A DNA stretch of 62,937 bases, the filler included, from Octopus bimaculoides (Eukaryota), in assembly GCF_001194135.2 (NCBI RefSeq). It is 3 parts of 3 records of this genome, joined end to end, with 100 filler letters (N's around TTAATTAATTAA, not from the genome) between each part and the next. Parts side by side here need not be neighbours in the genome. Positions count along the whole stretch, not along the records: positions 1 to 28,836 come from NC_068985.1; 2 more parts are not named here. One strand, written 5' to 3'. Below are positions 14,850-28,515 of this stretch, in pieces. Each line of letters begins with the position of its first letter. Within the stretch, counting starts at the first letter, position 1. The position numbers and the translations under genes are program-made. The notes beneath the pieces were generated by a model. That model had not been told where the DNA came from and made no database searches. It was given only the letters and a program-made list of their open reading frames with translations.

Positions 14850-14975
14850 TTTGTTCGAAATAGATGAAAGGCAAAGTCGACCTCGGCGGAATTTGAACTC
14901 AGAACGTTAAGACGGACAGAATGCCGCTAATCATTTTGCCCAACGTGCTTACAGTTCTGCCAGCTCACCGCCTTC
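14850..14975 (-). mobile_element. SINE family A, partial
   Basis: gatgaaaggcaaagtcgacctcggcggaatttgaactcagaacg matches the family motif. Confidence 0.75.
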
Positions 14976-15150
14976 ATAGTTGTAGATAATGAGAAAACTC
15001 TTTTGTATATGCACATGTATGTATGTACGTTTGTGTATATGCATACTTTAGTACCTTAGCTTATGTAAGTATTGAAATTCGGTTCCTGCTCAACTGAAAG
15101 TTTTACTTTACATAGAGACGCCGTCATAAAGATAGATTGTAGATATACCA

Positions 15151-15495
15151 TTATTACTTGCGCCATAGCGAAGGCGGAGGTATTTTTTCAGTTGTGTTTG
15201 TTTGTTTGCCTGTAGACAAGATATCTCAAGAACCGCAGAATAGATTCGGACGAATCTTTCAGGGATGCTTGGCCTCGTGACTGGCACGACCTGATTAGAT
15301 TTTGGGATCGATCTGGTACCGGACAAGCATTCTGGATAATTTTTCCGTTTTTTAACTTAATTTTTTAGAGCGATCGGGTTCATTTTAGTATTCTCGTTTG
15401 TGAGAGCAGTTCTCATTTTAAAAATAATCTCCGGCTAATCGTTAAGAAGACGTTGGCGTTGCCTTGGCGGAGATTTGCGCTCTCTGAGAGCTCTT
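15151..15495 (+). mobile_element. Helentron-associated HINE (DINE-1/pearl-like non-autonomous element)
   Basis: ttattac..cgcca..g...ggcggagg start, internal gtttgtttgttt microsatellite, gatatctcaagaacc, and a 3' cttggcggag.tttgcgctctctgag end with subterminal inverted repeat. Confidence 0.65.
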
Positions 15496-16168
15496 ATTAT
15501 AATTATCATCATGCCATAAAAGAATGATTCCTCTAATGCTATTATGGTAGTTGTTTGGCACAAAATCCACCTACATCGTGCAGATCAAATGTACCTCAGC
15601 CAAGGACATTCTATTGTTTCCTGTGTATAGGGGACCCACGTGTACATTATCTAAATTGTCATTTTTTATGAACGCAGGGTGTGATTTAAATGTAGTTTGG
15701 CCGCGATTTCTAGCACATCAAACAACCATGTAGAAGCTGCCTCATCAACTCTTTACCTTCTCGTTGTTTTCCTATTGTGACCCCATATGTTTAACAAAAC
15801 TAAAACCACTTCTGAAAAGCTAGGGTCCCCCTTTAGTGCCAGAAAATATTTCAACTCCCATTAGTCAATGAATACCTACAAGTGACTCAAGTAAAACTCT
15901 CGGTAAGCCATAGGTCACTGGATACGGGATGCTGCTGCTACTGCCACTGCCTCTGTCGCCACCGCCGTTGCTGCCTACACGTCCATTTTATACTGCAACC
16001 TAAACTAGATCATGCAACAGTTTGGCAATTAATCAATAACTATCAGCCTGCAATCACTGTTTAACTGGCTCACATTTTCACATATTTGTCCCTTTTATCA
16101 CTGCAACAATAGATCCTGCAGTCTCCAGCTCGCTGACGGCATGCATCCTTTACTCAAGTAAAGTACCA

Positions 16169-16170
<2 letters not shown>

Positions 16171-16250
<80 letters not shown>
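16171..16250. repeat. (TC)n microsatellite
   Basis: Seen directly. Confidence 0.95.
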
Positions 16251-16254
<4 letters not shown>

Positions 16255-16594
16255 CCACTTCCTTAAAATCATGAGTGTCATCTTTCATCCTGTGTTAAAC
16301 ACCTCACCCAACAAAGTCTTCCTAGGACTTCAGTCATCTACAAGCTCCAACCTTCTTTGGCTTTTCGAGCAAATATTGACATATGAAGCATCAAATTTAA
16401 CATTATTTCCATCGAAGTACCTCTTTTTCTCTGACAAATTTATGGAACAAACTAAATAAATAACAGGAGTAAGTACCAGCCTGCAGATGTCCCTTAGAAT
16501 CTGGGTAGATTTTATACTCTTATATTAAATTTTACTACAAATGTTTTGCGAATCTGACATTGAAATATCAAAACTGTTTCGTATATTGGAATAA

Positions 16595-16745
16595 TCCTTT
16601 CTACTATAAGCACAAGGCCTGAAATTTGGTGGTGGAGGTAAGTCGATTACATCAACCGCAATATTTGACTGGTACATATTTATTTGAAGCAGAAGGGATG
16701 GAAGGCTAAGACGAGTCCGGTGGAATTTGAACTCAGACGCGAAAC
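16595..16745 (-). mobile_element. SINE family A, partial
   Basis: gcacaaggcctgaaattt...gtcgattacatc...actggtac...ggaatttgaactcag. Confidence 0.7.
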
Positions 16746-18409
16746 GGAAGAAGTGTGCTTAGCAATTGTTAGACTTGGTAAAGATTCTGCCATGCAGAAC
16801 TTGGGTAAGAAGCTGGCACTTATTAGAATCATAGAAATAGTAGGGACAATTTTAGTGGAGAATAAACGATGAGTCAAAAATTACCGTCAAATCCTAATTG
16901 AAAGTTGATTTTGTTAAAGCAAATTTAGTTCACTATCAACATGTATGTCCGTAAGAAATTCACAAAATATCAATACTGTCCGTTTCATTTTCCTTTTATA
17001 TCTGATAAATGTGTAAAATACGTATGAACATTGACGAAAATACAACGTGATAAATATAAAAGCACCTGAACGTGAAAAAAAAAAGAGAGAATTCTTAAAA
17101 TAATAAGGAATAAAACACTACTGAATAATGAAGTTAATCTAACAGAAAAAATATTTTTAAACAGCCACCATTAGATAAAAAAGAAGCACTAATATAATAA
17201 TACTGGATAAGGAAGCTACAAAGACGTAGCAACGATAACAAACACACCACATGATGGTGAAAATACCCTCAGATGATAAAAAGTAAAGACGTCGCTGAAT
17301 AAAGGATGTAATCTAATATGATAAAGTGTAAAATATCATTTGATAAGGAAGATAGCCAAATGTGATAAGGAGTAAAACATCACTATATTAGAATGTTATC
17401 CTAACGTAATAGAAGGTTGAACAACACCACTGCACAAAGAAGATATACAAACACGATAAAGATAGAACACCTTTGGCTAATAAAGATATGCTAATGTGGT
17501 ACATACTGTAATAAAATAATTACGAAAGGTTTGAACCAACGAAATCTGCCGTGTATGAAAAAAAAATGCTTTCATATCGATCACTTCCGAATTGATTGGC
17601 ATAAGTAACAGTTTCGTGTTCATGTACGAAAGCGAAATGTTAATTCATGACATGTTTCCGTGAATAGCTGATTATAACAAATTACTGATGAATCTTTTAG
17701 TGGCCCAGGAGGGGAATAAACAACAGGATTTTAATTACGAATCACCAACAAACTTTGATGTTGCATATCATTTTACATTATGTTCTGAATTTTCTAAATT
17801 TCATTGTCTTCTCATTCATATACAGACCACACAAAGCACTGCTCCATTCTACACTATAATGCGTTTAATTATCTGAAAGGACCAGCGGGGGAGTTTCTAT
17901 ACGTTCTTAGATCTGTTAATAACAGCAAATAAATTCCCCTCAAAGATTACACTGTCGTCTTAGAAAGGAAGACAAGATGTTCAGACCTGAAATGCGTTTT
18001 ATTATGGTCATATTCGATCAGGGGTAATATAACATAAACAATTATAGCAACAATAAGAGAAAAAACTAAAAAAAATTAGGAATCAACAACGAGAGAAACG
18101 TGTAACTACGATGGTAGCAACGAGAATAACAAAAAGAACAAGTGAAATATTAAAAATGGCCGAAGCTTTATAGCTCTCCAAATAAATTATTTATGTCTAA
18201 TTAAAAAAAGAATCTGAAGCGAGTGGATTTCCAAAACACTAGCATCCCTGAGTATTTTACTTACATACATAATACCGATTTCCGATCGCTGCTTTCCTAT
18301 AAATCTCGTAAGGATGGTAAATGAGAGCTAGTTTCACGTGTTACAATTAGTTCATTTAAAGTAGTTTGTTGTTCTTTCACAAAGTTTCAACCTGGTGCCA
18401 TTGCTAATT

Positions 18410-18412
<3 letters not shown>

Positions 18413-18498
<86 letters not shown>

Positions 18499-18528
18499 TA
18501 TTATTATTATTATTATTATTACTATTAT
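18413..18528. repeat. (TCT)n-(TAT)n compound microsatellite
   Basis: Seen directly. Confidence 0.95.
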
Positions 18529-18529
18529 A

Positions 18530-19453
18530 GCTATTGCACAGTATACAATATCGTGAGGTTGTTGATTGAAGATATTGTGTCTACCGGGGGTTTGCACTGT
18601 TTGTCAAGTCACAACAAGGACCTCAGACAGACAGTACTTTACGCAATATGCGTGCAGTTACAAGTGACGCCCACTCTTGCAATACATCCAGATTGTAGGG
18701 TATTTCTAAGATTTTCAGATGTTTTTTTTTCAGATTGGGTGGTATTGAACCCAATACTCCGATGACAATATGTTCAACTCTCGTAGCTGCCACATCTTAG
18801 CGATCTCAATTCTCAGGTCTCCATATTTATCAACTTTTGCTCTTTCTTTCGTGATGATANNNNNNNNNNCCATATTTATCAACTTTTGCTCTTTCTTTCG
18901 TGATGATACGTTGATATCTTGGCACTGCTACGTCGATCAAACTCCTGTTTGTCCCTCCGAAAGGTTTTCATATCCGGCCATCGGTGCTCTAACACTTTGT
19001 CTGTTTGGAAATTAAAGTCCCAGAGGATTTTTGCCTTCCCCTTTTCGTCCATTACCTTTTCCGGTGTATGTTGGTACCAAACACCCGTCACCTCATAGCC
19101 ATACTTACAGCATAGTAGCCAGTAAAGGTTTTGGGCTACTTTGTCGTGTATACACTTGTACTCTTCCTGCACAAGACTTTCACAAGCACTAACAATGTGA
19201 GTCACGCTTTTAACTTTCTTCCTACGCATTCTGCAGAGGTTTGTTGCACTTGTGTGGTATATATTCTTTTTCACTGAGTCGGTATTCAATGCCTGATCCT
19301 GAGCAGCGTTGATTAGGCTTCCAGTATTCATTTTTAGGTCTTTTAATTTGTTGGTTTCACGGTAGAACTGACCATACGGAGTAGGGTTTCTTCTCTCTCA
19401 TTGGTTGTTCTTGTTTGAAATTCATGAGCACTCTCAAGTCCATTTTTGTTAAC

Positions 19454-19455
<2 letters not shown>
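18530..19455 (-). mobile_element. R4/Dong-clade non-LTR retrotransposon, 5'-truncated (CCHC plus restriction-like endonuclease region)
   Basis: AAQDQAL.T, CR..., HIVSAC, HDKVA, KILWDF.FQTDKVLEHR.PD, IVIGVLGSIP and LQ..A.L.TARILRKVL are canonical R4/Dong motifs. Confidence 0.88.
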
Positions 19456-19496
<41 letters not shown>

Positions 19497-19509
19497 CATT
19501 ATTATTATG

Positions 19510-19935
19510 GGAACGAGCTGGCAGAACTGTTAACACGCTGGGCAAAATGCTTAGCTGCATCTCATCTGCCGTTTCGTTCTGAGCTCATATTCCACCGAGG
19601 TCGACTTTACCTTTCATCCTTTAGGGGTCGAAAATTAAGTACCAGTTTAATACTGGGGTCAATGTAATAGACTTGCCAGCTCGCCACCCTCCTTGTGCCA
19701 CACATTGAAACCATTACCATTTTTATTAAAGTGGTGAGCTGGCAAAACCGTTAGCACATCGGGTAAAATAGTAGGCAGCATCTCATCCGTCTTTACGTTC
19801 TGGGTTCAAATTCCGTCGAAGTCGTTTTTGAATTTCATCTTTTAGAGGTCAATGAATGGAGTACCAGTTAAGCACTACGAAGTCATATGATCGACTACTC
19901 CTCCCACAAATTTCAAGCTTTTTGCCTATAGGAGA
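19510..19935 (+). mobile_element. Two tandem family A SINEs
   Basis: Two successive copies of gttagca..ctggg.aaaat...ttctg.g.tca.attcc..cga.gtcg..ttt...ttcatc.ttt.g.ggtc.a..aa. Confidence 0.75.
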
Positions 19936-20679
19936 ATGGATTATTATCATTATTATCATTATTATTATACCTGACACTATTTTTGTATGGTCAGCAACTA
20001 AATATCACGAACTAATCTGGATATGAACAATTTCTAATGACAAAGCCCTACTCATTTTGTCAAAGATTGTAAACATTCTTACGAAACCATAAGACATAGT
20101 TTTGAAAAATTAAGATGGAGTCAAACTTTCATAGTAAATGTCTCTAGTTTCTTACACATTACTCATGTAGGTACTTGCTTCACTTTAAACTTTATAATGC
20201 CATCAAGTGTCTCTTGTTACGAGGGTCTCACGAATTTCAGAATAGCTCGTGTAGGATATATTACGAGTAATATTCCTTCTGACTGGAGAGTCTCGATCGA
20301 TNNNNNNNNNNNNNNNNNNNNNNNNNNNNNNNNNNNNNNNNNNNNNNNNNNNNNNNNNNNNNNNNNNNNNNNNNNNNNNNNNNNNNNNNNNNNNNNNNNN
20401 NNNNNNNNNNNNNNNNNNNNNNNNNNNNNNNNNNNNNNNNNNNNNNNNNNNNNNNNNNNNNNNNNNNNNNNNNNNNNNNNNNNNNNNNNNNNNNNNNNNN
20501 NNNNNNNNNNNNNNNNNNNNNNNNNNNNNNNNNNNNNNNNNNNNNNNNNNNNNNNNNNNNNNNNNNNNNNNNNNNNNNNNNNNNNNNNNNNNNNNNNNNN
20601 NNNNNNNNNNNNNNNNNNNNNNNNNNNNNNNNNNNNNNNNNNNNNNNNNNNNNNNNNNNNNNNNNNNNNNNNNNNNNNN

Positions 20680-20711
<32 letters not shown>

Positions 20712-20762
20712 TGAGTGAGTGAGAGAGAGTGAGAGAGAGTGAGAGAGAGAGAGAGATTGATT

Positions 20763-20826
<64 letters not shown>

Positions 20827-21085
20827 TCGTACTTATGTATATATGCATGCATACATACACACGTATATGTGAATATGTGTTTGTTCAATAATTATATATA
20901 TATGCATATATAAAAAGAGAAAAAGAAAGAGAGAGAGAGAAGGAGGGAGAGTGTGTCACACATTCAAGGTAGGCACATTGTGGTAATTAAAATTATATAG
21001 CTTCCTCGAGCATGTTAAACATTCATGTTTTGCAATTAAGTATTAAGATTATATTTTTAGAAGGAATGTCATTAAAAGTGAAGAT

Positions 21086-21123
<38 letters not shown>

Positions 21124-21149
21124 NNNNNNNNNNTATATACATGCATATA

Positions 21150-21400
21150 TGGGTACAGGACATCAAAAAAACGTGGACAGAATGAGAAACGAGAACATAA
21201 AATACAAAAACATAGAAAACGAACATTTTTCGAACAACGAAACAACAAACAGAGAAACGAGATATCCAACATAAAGAACATTCCCTTCATCAGTTGTCCC
21301 TGTTTTATCTACTCTGCGTTTGGAATGTAAGGACAAAATGCGACTTTGTTAAAGCAGTCCTTCCCCCAAAGCAAATTAAATAAAATTTGGGATTTTTATG
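21150..21400. mobile_element. Interspersed repeat, possibly Penelope-derived
   Basis: gggtacaggac...acatagaaaacg...cccttcatcag.tgtc is shared with 58020-58132. Confidence 0.4.
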
Positions 21401-22847
21401 CGGAGGGTGAAAAGGGTATCAAGAACAGGACAGTGAGATCAAAACAGTAAAGACAAATGGTGAGGGCTGTTAAGCTAAGACGATGTGAAGTGGTGAACGC
21501 TGGGAAAACTAGCTTTCAGAAGAGACAGATAAAAGCACGTCTTGTCTTTAGGAAGGAAGTAGAGGAAAGAGAGAATGAACGCGTTGGTCACGTGTGGGCG
21601 ACGAGATAGTCAAGGAGGAAGCGTGAAAGAGAGAGAGAGGTAACGGTGAAGGGGAGAGGAGAGGAATAGCGAAAGGGTGGGAGAGAAATGTAGAAAGGAA
21701 GAAGAACAAATGAGGGAGATAGACAGAAAAGAGATAGAATAAGAATGCGTATATATATATATATATATNNNNNNNNNNNNNNNNNNNNNNNNNNNNNNNN
21801 NNNNNNNNNNNNNNNNNNNNNNNNNNNNNNNNNNNNNNNNNNNNNNNNNNNNNNNNNNNNNNNNNNNNNNNNNNNNNNNNNNNNNNNNNNNNNNNNNNNN
21901 NNNNNNNNNNNNNNNNNNNNNNNNNNNNNNNNNNNNNNNNNNNNNNNNNNNNNNNNNNNNNNNNNNNNNNNNNNNNNNNNNNNNNNNNNNNNNNNNNNNN
22001 NNNNNNNNNNNNNNNNNNNNNNNNNNNNNNNNNNNNNNNNNNNNNNNNNNNNNNNNNNNNNNNNNNNNNNNNNNNNNNNNNNNNNNNNNNNNNNNNNNNN
22101 NNNNNNNNNNNNNNNNNNNNNNNNNNNNNNNNNNNNNNNNNNNNNNNNNNNNNNNNNNNNNNNNNNNNNNNNNNNNNNNNNNNNNNNNNNNNNNNNNNNN
22201 TAACCATTTAAAGTTAATCATAGACGCGTTCCTGGATTATGAATGATAATACTCAATTTCCGTCATCGGTATGATATTCCAGTAGTACATTCGACTATGC
22301 TAGCAAATCGCGCAAGCATGAACGAGTGAACATCACGCCTCGACACAACCTGAAAGCATAACCGAACTTACCTCGGCCAGTCATTCCACTACCTCCTCCT
22401 CAAGAAATTACCATGTGCGTTACAAGTAATGCTATCTGTTGGAGTCTCAGCTTTTTTAGCTGCTATTTCTGAACTTCGGTATATGGTGAAGCAAATGCTT
22501 GCTGATCCCTTAATTATGTTTATAAATGTATAGGAACTTTTAAATAAGTTCTCCACCAAGAACTGAAGCATCAACAAATCCGGCAGTAAATACAGCTTCA
22601 AATCGGATAAAACCACTCCTCAATTGAAGAACCTTGTAAATCGCAAATGTGATACAATAAAGAACATTAAATGCTTACGATTACCGCAGCATACACATCC
22701 CATTTAAAACTCATTAAGATATCATTAGGCCTTCTTTAAGTCATATATCCTTGTACACATTCGAGCCAACAAAGCAATAAATACGGAGGGAAAATTCTCG
22801 AGAAATAATATTAATACAGACACACACATATGTACATATGTCATATA

Positions 22848-22903
<56 letters not shown>

Positions 22904-24689
22904 TTCTACTTTCGTTCTCATATTTCCCTCTATACAGTGCTCTGAATACAATGACTTGGTTGTCAAAAATGGTTTGTTGCTGCAACTTGCGGTTTCTATT
23001 TCTTGTATTATTTGTTAAGGAAAATTATTTATTTGAAACTAGTTTTTGTTTTGAACACATACTGAATGCTCGTATACGAACATAGAATGAATTGTCGATG
23101 ATAAGTTTGATACGAAATTACGTCTGCATAAAACTTCGCACGATGCATTTTTGTTTGATTATAACTAAATTTTTATGCACATTATGCCGTGCTGTGCTTC
23201 CTGTTGCTGCTATACTAACCCCTCACACATAATGTCACATTTTACTAAAATGTGAATAAGAATGCATTGTATATGTTCCCATAATAAATGCATTAGAAAG
23301 TGAATTGCGATTATTTACCGTGAAAAGAAACAAACTAGCAACATACTCGTTGTCTTCGGTCACGATTTATACAGTTTGCTCTTTTACATTAGCATAAAAC
23401 CATCCATAAATATGATAATATTATAATAGGTATTATAAGCGGTAACCAAAATAAAGCTGTTATTTAATGTTGCATATTGTGTACAAAGAAACCGGACAGG
23501 TGAAATATTTAATATCATAAATTGTTAGATTCTCAGACAAAGACTTCAAGATGGAAATTTCAATAATGTATTTCTCAATAAATATTTTCTTCAATTGGTG
23601 AAATATTTTCTTAAATAATCAGTTCGTGAGTAGAACCATGACAGTTACATGTTTATCATGCTGGCCTGAATTTCAGTAAATATAATAAGTTAGCATGAAT
23701 AGTACAAATAAAAAGAAAATATGGCCCATATATTTCAAACAAATTTTTATAGAAATTATTATTTTCCTATTCATTCTTTTGGTCTGTTGTTTAGTCCAAA
23801 TTCTTGGTTTGCTTAAAGTAGGAAGTCTGTTGAAACCAACTGTTTTCTTTCAATCATACGACATTAAGACGAATTTTATGCATTTTTGTAAACACACGGA
23901 GAGGGGGAAAGTCGTGATCATTTATTGCTTTTGCAATTTTGCTAGATGCAATTTTGGAGATGTACAACTTCGAAAAGTTTTTCGATAAATGGATGAATTG
24001 TGATTTTGTTTGCCTAATTTTTCTTTTTACAAATACTGTTGTATTTTAAGTGAATATAAAGAAAAAAATTACTTTAGTTAATGCAAAGAATATACGTAAC
24101 TACCTATTCAGTGTTGTTTATGTCATTGAACATTATTTTAAACAGTAAACAGTATCATGGGTGAAAATAAATTGAATTAGGTATTTTTCCAGTAAATATG
24201 TTTGTAAATAATGAATACTAAATGATGAATGTAATATTAGAGAGGGATTTCACTGAAATTATGTGACTAAAATGAAGTTTGACGACTACATATTGTGTAT
24301 CATAATATTACTATAATTGAAATTTCTGGAAATACGTTGTTTCGGTTGAGAAACGTGCATTTTTAGGAAATTTTATTTCTTGCTCCTTTCATTTTTCTTA
24401 TTTCGAATTCTAATAAACTAGATTTGTACACACACACATATATATATATACANNNNNNNNNNNNNNNNNNNNNNNNNNNNNNNNNNNNNNNNNNNNNNNN
24501 NNNNNNNNNNNNNNNNNNNNNNNNNNNNNNNNNNNNNNNNNNNNNNNNNNNNNNNNNNNNNNNNNNNNNNNNNNNNNNNNNNNNNNNNNNNNNNNNNNNN
24601 NNNNNNNNNNNNNNNNNNNNNNNNNNNNNNTATATATATATATACATATATATATATACATATATATATACACACACACACATACACAC

Positions 24690-25215
24690 ACAGAGAAGCT
24701 TTCTTATGAAACTGCATGACTTCTTCATAAACGTCTGGAATGGAGGCCGTTTACCACGGCACTTCAAGGATGCCTCAATTCGGCGTCTGTATACGAATAA
24801 AGGAAACAGAAGTGTCTGTGGTAATCATCGTGGACTATCGCTTCTGTCTATTGCTTGTAAGATTCATGCTCGATTCATTCTTGACAGGATCATCATCAAA
24901 CATCTATCCCAGAATCACAGTGTGGATTATCGTTCCTGTCGTGGCACTATCGACATGATTGTTTCCCTCCGACAGGTCATGGAGAAGTTACGTAAGTTTC
25001 TTTTGATATTCGTTGGCCTTACTACGGTCTTCGGCACTGTTAACCGGCAAGCACTGTGGAAAGTTCTGATAAAGTTTGGTATACCTGACAAGATGTTGAA
25101 TGATATCACTTCCTTCCATGAGGGTATCTAGGCTGCTCTCGTGTCCTGTGGGGAATCTTCGGCTTCCTTTGATGTTACAAACGCACAAAACCAGATTGTG
25201 TTCCAGCTCTTCTTT
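24690..25215 (+). mobile_element. RTE/BovB-like LINE, reverse transcriptase fragment
   Basis: FKDASI..LY.NKG.RS.CGNHRGLSLLSIACKI.AR...RGTIDMI.SLRQ.MEK...F.TVNRQALWKVL.KFGIPDK are RT domains 0-3 of RTE. Confidence 0.88.
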
Positions 25216-25640
25216 TACTCTTTTACTTGTTTCAGTCATTTGACTGCGGCCATGCTGGAGCACCATCTTTAGTCGAGAAAATCGACCCCAAGACTTATTC
25301 TTTGTAAGCCTAGTTCTTATTCTATTGGACACTTTTGCCGAACCGCTAGTTACGGGGACGTAAACACACCAGCATCGGTTGTCAAAGCGATGTTGGGGGA
25401 AAAACACAGACATACAAACACACAGACATACAAACACACAGACATACAAACACACAGACATACAAACACAGACATACAAACACACAGACATACACACACA
25501 TATATGAGAATGCATATATGTGTGCTTGTGTGTGTGGGGGGGCGATTAAAAGCTTGCTTCCCAACAACATGGTTCTGAGTTCAGTCCCACTACGTGGCAC
25601 CTTGGGCAGCTGTTTTCAACAATGGCTTCATGCTGACCAA
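25215..25640. mobile_element. SINE family C pieces (minus-strand body, plus-strand head)
   Basis: tttcagtcatttgactgcggccatgctggagcacc... is the reverse complement of the 27695-28100 tail. Head ttcagtcccactacgtggcaccttgggc at about 25580. Confidence 0.75.
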
Positions 25641-27694
25641 AACATTGACTATCTAAGAAAAAAAAAAACTTAATTCACCAAATTATTTTGTTATACGCAT
25701 GCGCTCTTTGATTTGGATTGTGTCATGTGCTACATCGACGTAATCTTTGAGTATTTGTTTTGGAGAGCTTCGAGAATTTCTCGTCCTAAATTTGAACAAG
25801 TCTAAACTAATACACAACTTCTTACTGTCTCAGTTAACATTCGATCTCTCTATCATTTTTGCTAACGAACAACGATTTAAGGATTCTTATATACTTCCTT
25901 TAAATTTGGAAACCCTAGAATTATCCGGAAGTCCCTTTTTCGCGATATTACAGTTTCCACTTGGACAGTGCTAAGTGAATCCATTGGCACTCACCCTCAG
26001 TATCAACATACCTGAGATTTTTAGTCGCAAAATACCCAGAGATACAATCGAAAGTAACTAGATATCATTTTTTTACCACTCAAAATAACTTAAAACTCGG
26101 AATTCATTATCCGCGAGAAAACATATCCAATCGCCATGTTTTCCTCACCTTCGAAATGCGGATTAAGATGAACGGTAACCTAATACGGGAAAGCTTTTTT
26201 TCTTCCTTATCCTTTGGCTTAATGTCATTTCCAGCCGACCGCAGTCATTCTTCATTGCAGGAAGTAATGAACTGCCTTGCACAATTTTCCTTTTTCTTAC
26301 ATTCAATTAATTTCTTTTTTAGCAGTTCGGCAACAGTCAGTTTTCCCTCTTTTTGTGGGGAATTATTTCTGTTCACTGCAACTTTTTCACTTCTACTAGT
26401 ATTTTTCTCGTTTACCACTCTGTAAGTAATCTGTACTTCTTTTCCCTTTCGGCAATTTGTTTTTATTTCTTGCATTCAATTTCTCCATTGTTTCACACAC
26501 GCATCTGCATACACATTTTCCCTGCTCTATCATCCAGTAACATGTAATTCTGTAGTATTTCCTTTTTCTCTAGATTTATGTATTTTACGTTGATTTATTT
26601 TGCACTCACAATTTAACGTTCTTTTTCACTCGACTTACTCTCTGGAGATTCATAGAACACGTTCTAACATAGACACATAAAAGGAATTCTCTAACTCACT
26701 CGATACGTTTGCCAGAGGCTGTAAAGAAATCTCCACACACGTACATGCAAGCTCACCACATTATGCATTTGCTTTACGCTACATGGTGCCTTCATATATC
26801 AGTTGTTATTTCTAAATCTGTCTTAACATTAAGTTCAGGTTCCTGGCGTAACTTGCATCACATACCGCTCATGGCTACATTTATAATAGCATTACTTCAC
26901 TTTCTATACAATCTCGGACATATCACAATCAGTAGAGAAAGTTTGCAGCTCATGCTATTCAACTCGCTGCATTGTTTATCTCAACCAAACTACTAACACA
27001 ACCCGCCATTTTTGCATATTAGTCATCTACAGTATATAGGCATATTTGGAAAAACTGTAGGGTTTTTTCGTGGTACATAGGTACTCAGGCACGTGGCATC
27101 ATACACAAATATAGTAATATAAGAATATTGAATTACGGATCAAGAATACCAGGCAGTTTATCAAGAATCAGTTTTATATTTTACTATACATGCTTACTGG
27201 ACTAATAACACTTTCTTTTCACAAATTGTTGTTCTTACCACTCAAACATAAACATACACATCTCATTGAATTTGCGTAGAAGGTTTTTCTCGTACCACGA
27301 CTCACTTATGACCATGAAACTAATTTCTGCATACAACAATACCACACATTTTATTTTGTAGTACATAAAAAGCCCACACTAGCCTTACAACATTTGGTCA
27401 CCTACTAACGACCTTGCTCATTCCTTCGGTTTTAGTTGTATATATATACGCTGTTTGTGAGTGATATAAGTGTTAGCAAAGTTTAAACACACGACTTGTA
27501 ATGTAACTAAGAAAATATAAGCAAAGCTAAGTATGTTCTTCACAAAGATTATCGTATGCATGCATCTCACAGATGAGAGAGAAACACATTAGTGGAAACT
27601 AGAGTGAAGATCTATGTCACCCGGCTTTGACAGGTCAGCCACAACAATGGATCGCCAGCAAGGAACAAATTATGTAAGAAAAATTATATAAATA

Positions 27695-28100
27695 GGCGTA
27701 GGAATAACTGTGCGGTAAGTAGCTTGCTTACCGACCACATGGTTCCGGGATCAGTCCCACTGCGTGGCACTTTGGGAAAGTGTCTTCTACTATAGCCTCG
27801 GGCAGACCAAAGCCTTGTGAGTGGATTTGGTAGACGGAAACTGAAAGAATCCCCTCGTATATATGTATATATATGTATGTATGTGTGTGTATATGTTTGT
27901 GTCTGTGTTTGTCTCTGCCAACATCGCTTGACAACCGATGGTGGTGTGTTTACGTCCCCGTAACTTAGCGGTTCGGCAAAAGAGACCGATAGAATAAGTA
28001 CTAGGCTTCCAAAGAATAAGTCCTGGGGTCGATTTGCTCGACTAAAGGCGGTGCTCCAGCATGGCCACAGTCAAATGACTGAAACAAGTAAAAGAGTAAA
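27695..28100 (+). mobile_element. Full-length tRNA-derived SINE, family C
   Basis: tRNA-like head (cagtcccactgcgtggcac), body gccttgtgagtggatttggtagacggaaactga, internal (TG)n, and tail ggcggtgctccagcatggcc..gactgaaacaagtaaaaga. Confidence 0.85.
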
Positions 28101-28463
28101 AGAGTACAACAACTAATGAAAGAAGAAAATAAAACTGAATTATTATTGGCAGCAGTGTTATACCTCTGAACTTTACTATCTGCAAACGATATCCATATTG
28201 ACCCAATCGTTTTCTTTACAAACAACTCCTAAATCATTTTCGTGTAGATCACATTGATTTGCTGTATGCACGAGCAGTTCGGCTTAGTTTTCCTTTCTGT
28301 GTTTTTCTCCCTGTATTATATTCTCCATAGTAAATCATTAAATATTTCTCCTTGAGTAGTTGCTATCCATCGGAAATATTAGAAGATAAAAACCTTATTT
28401 AAAACTATGTCTATGGTATAAATAAATATACGCTGGTATACATATCTACACATAATATACTGG

Positions 28464-28513
<50 letters not shown>

Positions 28514-28515
28514 CA

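Noticed and set aside
18820-18908. 39-bp direct repeat around a 10-N gap, resembling a TSD
   Set aside because: An exact duplication either side of a minimal gap is typical of an unmerged contig overlap.
22370-22660. Minus-strand acceptor and donor (gag|gtaagt) pair suggesting an exon
   Set aside because: All three frames contain stops and there is no neighbouring exon evidence.
25900-26600. Lys/Glu-rich minus-strand ORF pieces with a DFRIILGFP protease-like motif
   Set aside because: Multiple stops and only one short motif, too little to call a gag-pro remnant.
27700-27780. tRNA gene
   Set aside because: The tRNA-like heads here and at about 3060 run into SINE bodies and I cannot fold a complete cloverleaf.
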